13,764 bases of DNA from Geosiphon pyriformis uo1 (lineage: Eukaryota > Fungi > Glomeromycota), in the NCBI GenBank assembly GCA_016748015.1, contig JAAOMT010000133.1, positions 2,949 through 16,712 of the forward strand. Direction: 5' to 3'. Positions within the stretch are counted from its first letter, which is position 1. Every line of letters begins with the position of its first letter. The notes beneath the pieces were generated by a model. The model worked only from the letters and a program-made list of their open reading frames with translations, was not told the origin of the DNA and made no database searches. Shown here one piece after another: positions 9,082 to 13,764 of this stretch. Made by a program: the position numbers and the translations under genes.

Positions 9082-10775
9082 TATATACTGAGAATGATCA
9101 AGCAAAATGCTGAGATTAATTTAGTTGGGAAATAAAAGTTTTCTCATCACTTTCAGTGACCCAAGACCCCAAATACATTTATATAAATATTCCCCCAACA
9201 ATCAACGTTAAATAATAAAATTATTTTGGAAGGAATTAAACCAAAGAGATGAGATTTACATTTAGAGAATCCTTGTCCAAATAGGATAAAGAGCTTAAAA
9301 ATAATTTTTGGCAGAGGTCCACCCACTTTTTAATTACGGTTTTTGACATTTATTATAAAAAATTTCTTTAACTTTAAAAAATATTACAACGAAGTAGATT
9401 CCAATAAATGAAATTTAATACTGGTATTCGGGAATAACCTGAGCCTTTAAATTTTTTCTTTTTCTTAAATGCGTCATTTGATGTAATAATCCTTCTAGAT
9501 TTTATTCCAAATCACAGGAAGATTAAAGTTTAATTTTTACAAAAAAGTCCAATCTTAAAACAACATTGATCCTACCTTTCAAATTTTAATCCATTCTTGC
9601 CCCGTTGCTGAAGAATTATTGGAGAAACACACTTTAGATTCTTGTTAATAAATTTTTTAATTCTTCTTTCTGCAAATCTTGTTTTAAAATTATTAGCAGA
9701 TTTCCTTGTTCTTATCAAAAGTGAGTTTCTTTGAACTCGTGAATTTCAATTTTATTGAATCAGCATAAAATTTTTTATATACATCATTAAATTAATTTTT
9801 ATGAGAGTGAAAGCTTTATTATATTTACCAACCGATTATTGTACTTGAATAAAAAATAATATCCTAAATTGAAGTTCATTCAGTTTAATATATAGAGTCT
9901 ACCTTATAACGCATAAAATATTCAATTATTTAATTAGGAAGAATTTTGTTTGCGAATAATATCTAAAGGGCGATTAGTTGTTTGAAAGCAAAAATTTGTA
10001 TTTTTATATTTAATTAAAAATTTTTAATTCTTAAATTAAAATATGCCAATTTTTGTCATTTTGACATCCAAGAAGAGATTCCTAGACTTTTAATTGGCTA
10101 TAAACAATTCCTTAATTTTTGAAAAAGTGTGAGATATTTTATACTTTTTTTAAAATTTTGAATCAAAAAATGACAACTGATATAATCGGAAACGCAGAAA
10201 GAATTAATTTTTTACCTTTTTATAAATAAATTTTTTCTATTTGAGAAGTAAGTGATGGTGTGAGAACATTTTGGAAAAGTAAGGGGGGAAAAGCAACTAA
10301 TATCAGTTTACAATTTCAAAACAAGGATTATTAATTAATTACCCATTTATAATATTACATATTTTGAAAGGTTTAGAAATAGTCAAAAAATTTCCTATTC
10401 AAAATGGAAATTTATTGAATATTTATTTATTTATTTGTTTATTTTTAGTTGGTAAATAAAAAATTTATAACGTTAAATATATAGTATTTTCATGATTTAT
10501 TAAATTAAGTGAATCTATTTCAAAAACTATTTTGAGATTTAAACTTGGAAATTTTTTTATTAATATTTAGATCGGTTCAAATACATAAATAAGTTTTGAT
10601 TGATTAAAAAATGCTCTGTAAATAAAAATTAATTTTATTAATAAGCGTGAAAAAAAAAAAACTTAAAATTTTATATTAAAATAAAATTAATGACAAATTA
10701 TTATTTTTTATTGCTGTCTATGTACATAAAACTGAAAAATTTTATAAGCGATGTAGATATGATTATTAACTATTA

Positions 10776-10840
10776 ACTTGATCAATGACTTGATCATTAA
10801 TTTGAATTATTTAATGTGATCACTGATCTAATTATTGATC
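10776..10840. repeat. Cluster of five TGATC motifs, including tandem ACTTGATCA x2
   Basis: TGATC starts at 10779, 10791, 10817, 10824 and 10836. Confidence 0.6.
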
Positions 10841-11599
10841 CCTTTTTAAGAGTATCAACTTTTTTATTTCTTTTTCATTATTTTTTCACTTTTCTTTTCT
10901 TGATTTATATATTATTAGCTTTTATAAAATATATATTAAATAAATATTTATTGAAAAATATAAACAATATCTTTTATTGAATTATAAGAATGCCAATATA
11001 AAATTATATAATTATAATAATCGTGTTACCTTTTGTTAACAATACAACTATTCAAATTCTCTTGTTACTTTTTTGAAAAAAATAATAATAAAAATATTTA
11101 TAAAACTAATCTTGTATATTAAATCTTTACAAATTCAATTCATTTATTAAATTGAATTTTTTTCTTTGATTATTTTTTTACTATATAATATTTGTTTTTT
11201 CTTGTTATTTATTAATGTGTTACTCTAATCTGTAACAATAATTTAATTGATTTAAACTAAACATGATTTTATCTTCTAAAATAATGCTTTAAAACTTATC
11301 ACTTATATTATAATCTGCTATCTTTTAAATTTGTTTTAATAATTTGCTCTTAATTTAAAAATTATTATTTATATATATTTTTTGGTGCTTAACTATAAAT
11401 AAATATATAAATTTTACAATTTTATTAATTGTTATTTTAAAAGACTTAAAATATTATAATTTAATTCTTTAATATAATTTTTTTTGGTAAAATTATATAC
11501 GATTATTTATAAAACTTTTATATTTGAATTTAGAATAATAAAGACTATAAACTTGGCAAATAACAACAATCTAATAGTAAATATTAATCAAATTAAGCT

Positions 11600-13520
11600 G
11601 TAATTTTGGAAAAAATATTTTGTAAGAATATTTTTAAAGACTATATATACTGTATTATCTGAATTTAAAGTTATTAAGTTAATCAAGATATAATTAATAA
11701 ATCTATAACAAAAAACTATAATAGATTTTACCAATTTAAATTAAATTAATTTGTTTGCTTTTTAATGATTTATTTTAATTAATAGAAATATAATATAAAT
11801 AACCAAAATTATTATTAACAAAACATTATAAAATACCAAAAATATCTGTAAAATTTTACTTTATATCTTATTAATAGATATAATTATATATAATTTGTAA
11901 AATTATCTTGTTTTAATTATTAAAAAAACATATATAATTAATTATTATTTAGTTTTTTATGTCTGTATTTAATATATTGTAATATGTTTTAACTTTAAAG
12001 AAGTATTTATTAAAAATTTTGACTATAAGTTTTGTTTTAAAAAGTATTATGATTAATTGGTCTAATTTAATTTTGGTAAAATATTTTAATTATATATTAA
12101 TTAAATATAATTTTGCCAAAAATAAAAAATAAACAGTACTAATCAAAAAACTACTCTTAAAATCTAATAAAAGCAAATTGACTGGTATTTATGCCAAAAT
12201 ATTAGTTTATATTGTTTGCTTAATTTTTTGGTAAGAAATTTTAAACACAAATTATAAATAATATATACTTTAGTTTTTGTCTAATTTGCTTCTTAGTAAA
12301 AATTTATTTGTAAATGTTAAATCTTTTTTGTAATTAATTGTTTTTTTTTGAAAAACAAAATAAATATTTTTGAAAATTTTTTTGAATAAAGTTTTTAAAT
12401 TAGATTATAAGTTAAATTTTTTGCTAGTTTTTTTTTTAGTTTCAAACTTTTCTTATTTTTTTATTGTAAATATTAATTTAAATATAATTATAAATAATTT
12501 TTCTATTTTTTTATTCTTAAATTTTATCTAATAATCTTAATAATTTTGGTGTTTTTATTTTTAAACTAAGTAGTTTAAAGATCAAAATATTTAAGCTTAA
12601 AAACTTTGTAAAAATGGTTTTTGTAAAATTAAATTAATTGTGTATTGGTTTTGATTTTTTTTCTTTTTAATTTTAAATGATTAATTTAATTTAAAAAATT
12701 GTTATATATAATATTAAAAATATGAATATTTTTGCAAAACAAATTAATATTGATTAATAACATAAAAATATAAATAATATAATCTCAATTATTATTAAAA
12801 CAAAGCTAAAAAAATAATATAAAATCTTAAATTATAAACAAATTTAATAAAATTTAAGTTTTTTAAGTTTTAAATTTACAATTATTATGAATAATAGATT
12901 AATTAAACATGTTTTCAAGATATTAAAAATGTTAAATAGGCTTTTTTCAATTTATTTACTATTTAAAAACAATGTTTTAATTATAATATTTGGTTTATAA
13001 ATTAGAATATTTATTAATATAAGATTAAATTATGTTTTAAATATTAATTTTTTTATTATCAAAGTAATAAACACTAATATACTTACAGTTTTAAAAATAA
13101 TTTCAATGAAAATAGTATTAATATATAATACTAGTTTTAAAAAATGTTTTGATTTAAAGTTGTACAACTTTTTTGCTAATTATTTTATGCTTAAAGTTCT
13201 AACTTAATGTAATTTTAAAAGAGTAAAAAAAATTATTAACTATATTTTTGTTAGCAATTTTTTGTTTACTGTTGCTAAACAGTATATATATCAGATATTT
13301 AAATATTTTAATACTAATTATAAAATTGTATTAGTTTTTATTAATTAAAATAGTCTTTTAAATACTTAGCTTAATTTTTTGTACAAACAAATCAATAAAA
13401 ACTAATGAAAATATAATTTTAAAAGTGTTAATATTTTGAAATAAAATTAGTTTAGAAATCTATTTTATTTAATATTATGACTATAATAGAGAATTTCAAT
13501 AAATCAAAAAAAATAATAAC
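11600..13520 (-). mobile_element. Heavily eroded Ty3/Gypsy LTR-retrotransposon pol relic (RT thumb, RNase H, integrase); boundaries approximate
   Basis: Minus-strand motifs in Gypsy order after reversing mainly C>T and G>A changes: EILYYSHNI (EIxYxGHxI, 13471-13497); KLIQFY (GLxxFY, 13320-13337); VLYINT (VLYTDA, 13114-13131); KYSNL (NYSxxE, 12998-13012); YFGINT (HFGIN, 12184-12201); QDNFTNYI*LYLL (DxFTKYxxxYPL, 11872-11910); FGIL*CFVNNN (FGIPQCFVSDN, 11808-11840); H*KANKL (HPxANGL, 11744-11767); NTVYIVFKNIL (NTxH...TP, 11624-11656). Spacings need several indels. Recognised by eye only. Confidence 0.6.
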
Positions 13521-13715
13521 TTAAAAATAATAAAAATGTTTCTTAAAAACATTTTTTCTATTAATGCAGTTATTGTTAAGTCCTGGTTTAATGTATTTAT
13601 TTATTCTAAAACCGAACAGTTTTCAAAAATTTTTTGATTAAAACAATTAATATTTAAAATTAATATGTGTTTAAAGTTGGGTTTTTTTTCTGAATTTGAA
13701 AATTTAATAAAAATA

Positions 13716-13764
13716 CAGTCAGACTTCTATAAAAGAACACAGTTGGGGCATGCAAATTATGTTC
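13716..13764 (+). mobile_element. Probable terminus of a pogo/Tigger-like (Tc1/mariner superfamily) element or MITE, truncated by the window edge
   Basis: TA|CAGTCAGACTTCTATAAAAGAACAC resembles pogo-type TIRs (CAGTnnAnCnTCTATAA). It has a subterminal inverted copy GAACA (13735-13739) / TGTTC (13760-13764) and higher GC than the flank. The partner end is not in the window. Confidence 0.5.

Noticed and set aside
8851-9105. 84 aa minus-strand ORF
   Set aside because: It is antisense to the Tc1 transposase C-terminus and crosses the TIR and TSD, so it is a shadow ORF.
1-9760. Alternative genetic code (TAA = Gln) to explain coding-like stretches with in-frame TAA
   Set aside because: The Gln-rich 400-codon exon 5 has no in-frame TAA or TAG, which would be very unlikely under reassignment in an AT-rich genome.
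10960-13560. Organellar insertion (NUMT) or centromeric satellite
   Set aside because: No mitochondrial gene, rRNA or tRNA motifs and no periodicity; ordered retroelement motifs explain it better.

Overview
A very AT-rich eukaryotic window with short GT-AG introns, compatible with an early-diverging fungus such as Glomeromycotina (the taxon is a guess). I see no prokaryotic features, rRNA, tRNA or CRISPR array. (1) One intact 5-exon gene, join(4261..4459,4575..4646,4714..4797,4875..4964,5049..6253), encodes about 549 aa: an acidic Ser/Asn/Glu-rich disordered N-terminus, a long coiled coil and one C-terminal transmembrane helix (tail-anchored, golgin/KASH-like layout, family not recognised). 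The ORFs 4261..4566 and 5036..6253 in the track are pieces of this gene. (2) A decayed, internally deleted Tc1-family (DD34E) transposon lies at 8125..9081 with TA on both sides; its left TIR contains an expanded (AGTG)4(TG)12 microsatellite. (3) An extremely AT-rich block (about 10960..13560) hides a minus-strand Ty3/Gypsy pol relic (RT thumb, RNase H, integrase), legible only after reversing C>T and G>A changes, which suggests repeat-directed hypermutation. (4) A probable pogo/Tigger-like element end sits at the right edge. The rest is AT-rich intergenic DNA with microsatellites and weakly coding-like fragments. I cannot support a novel multi-gene system here.
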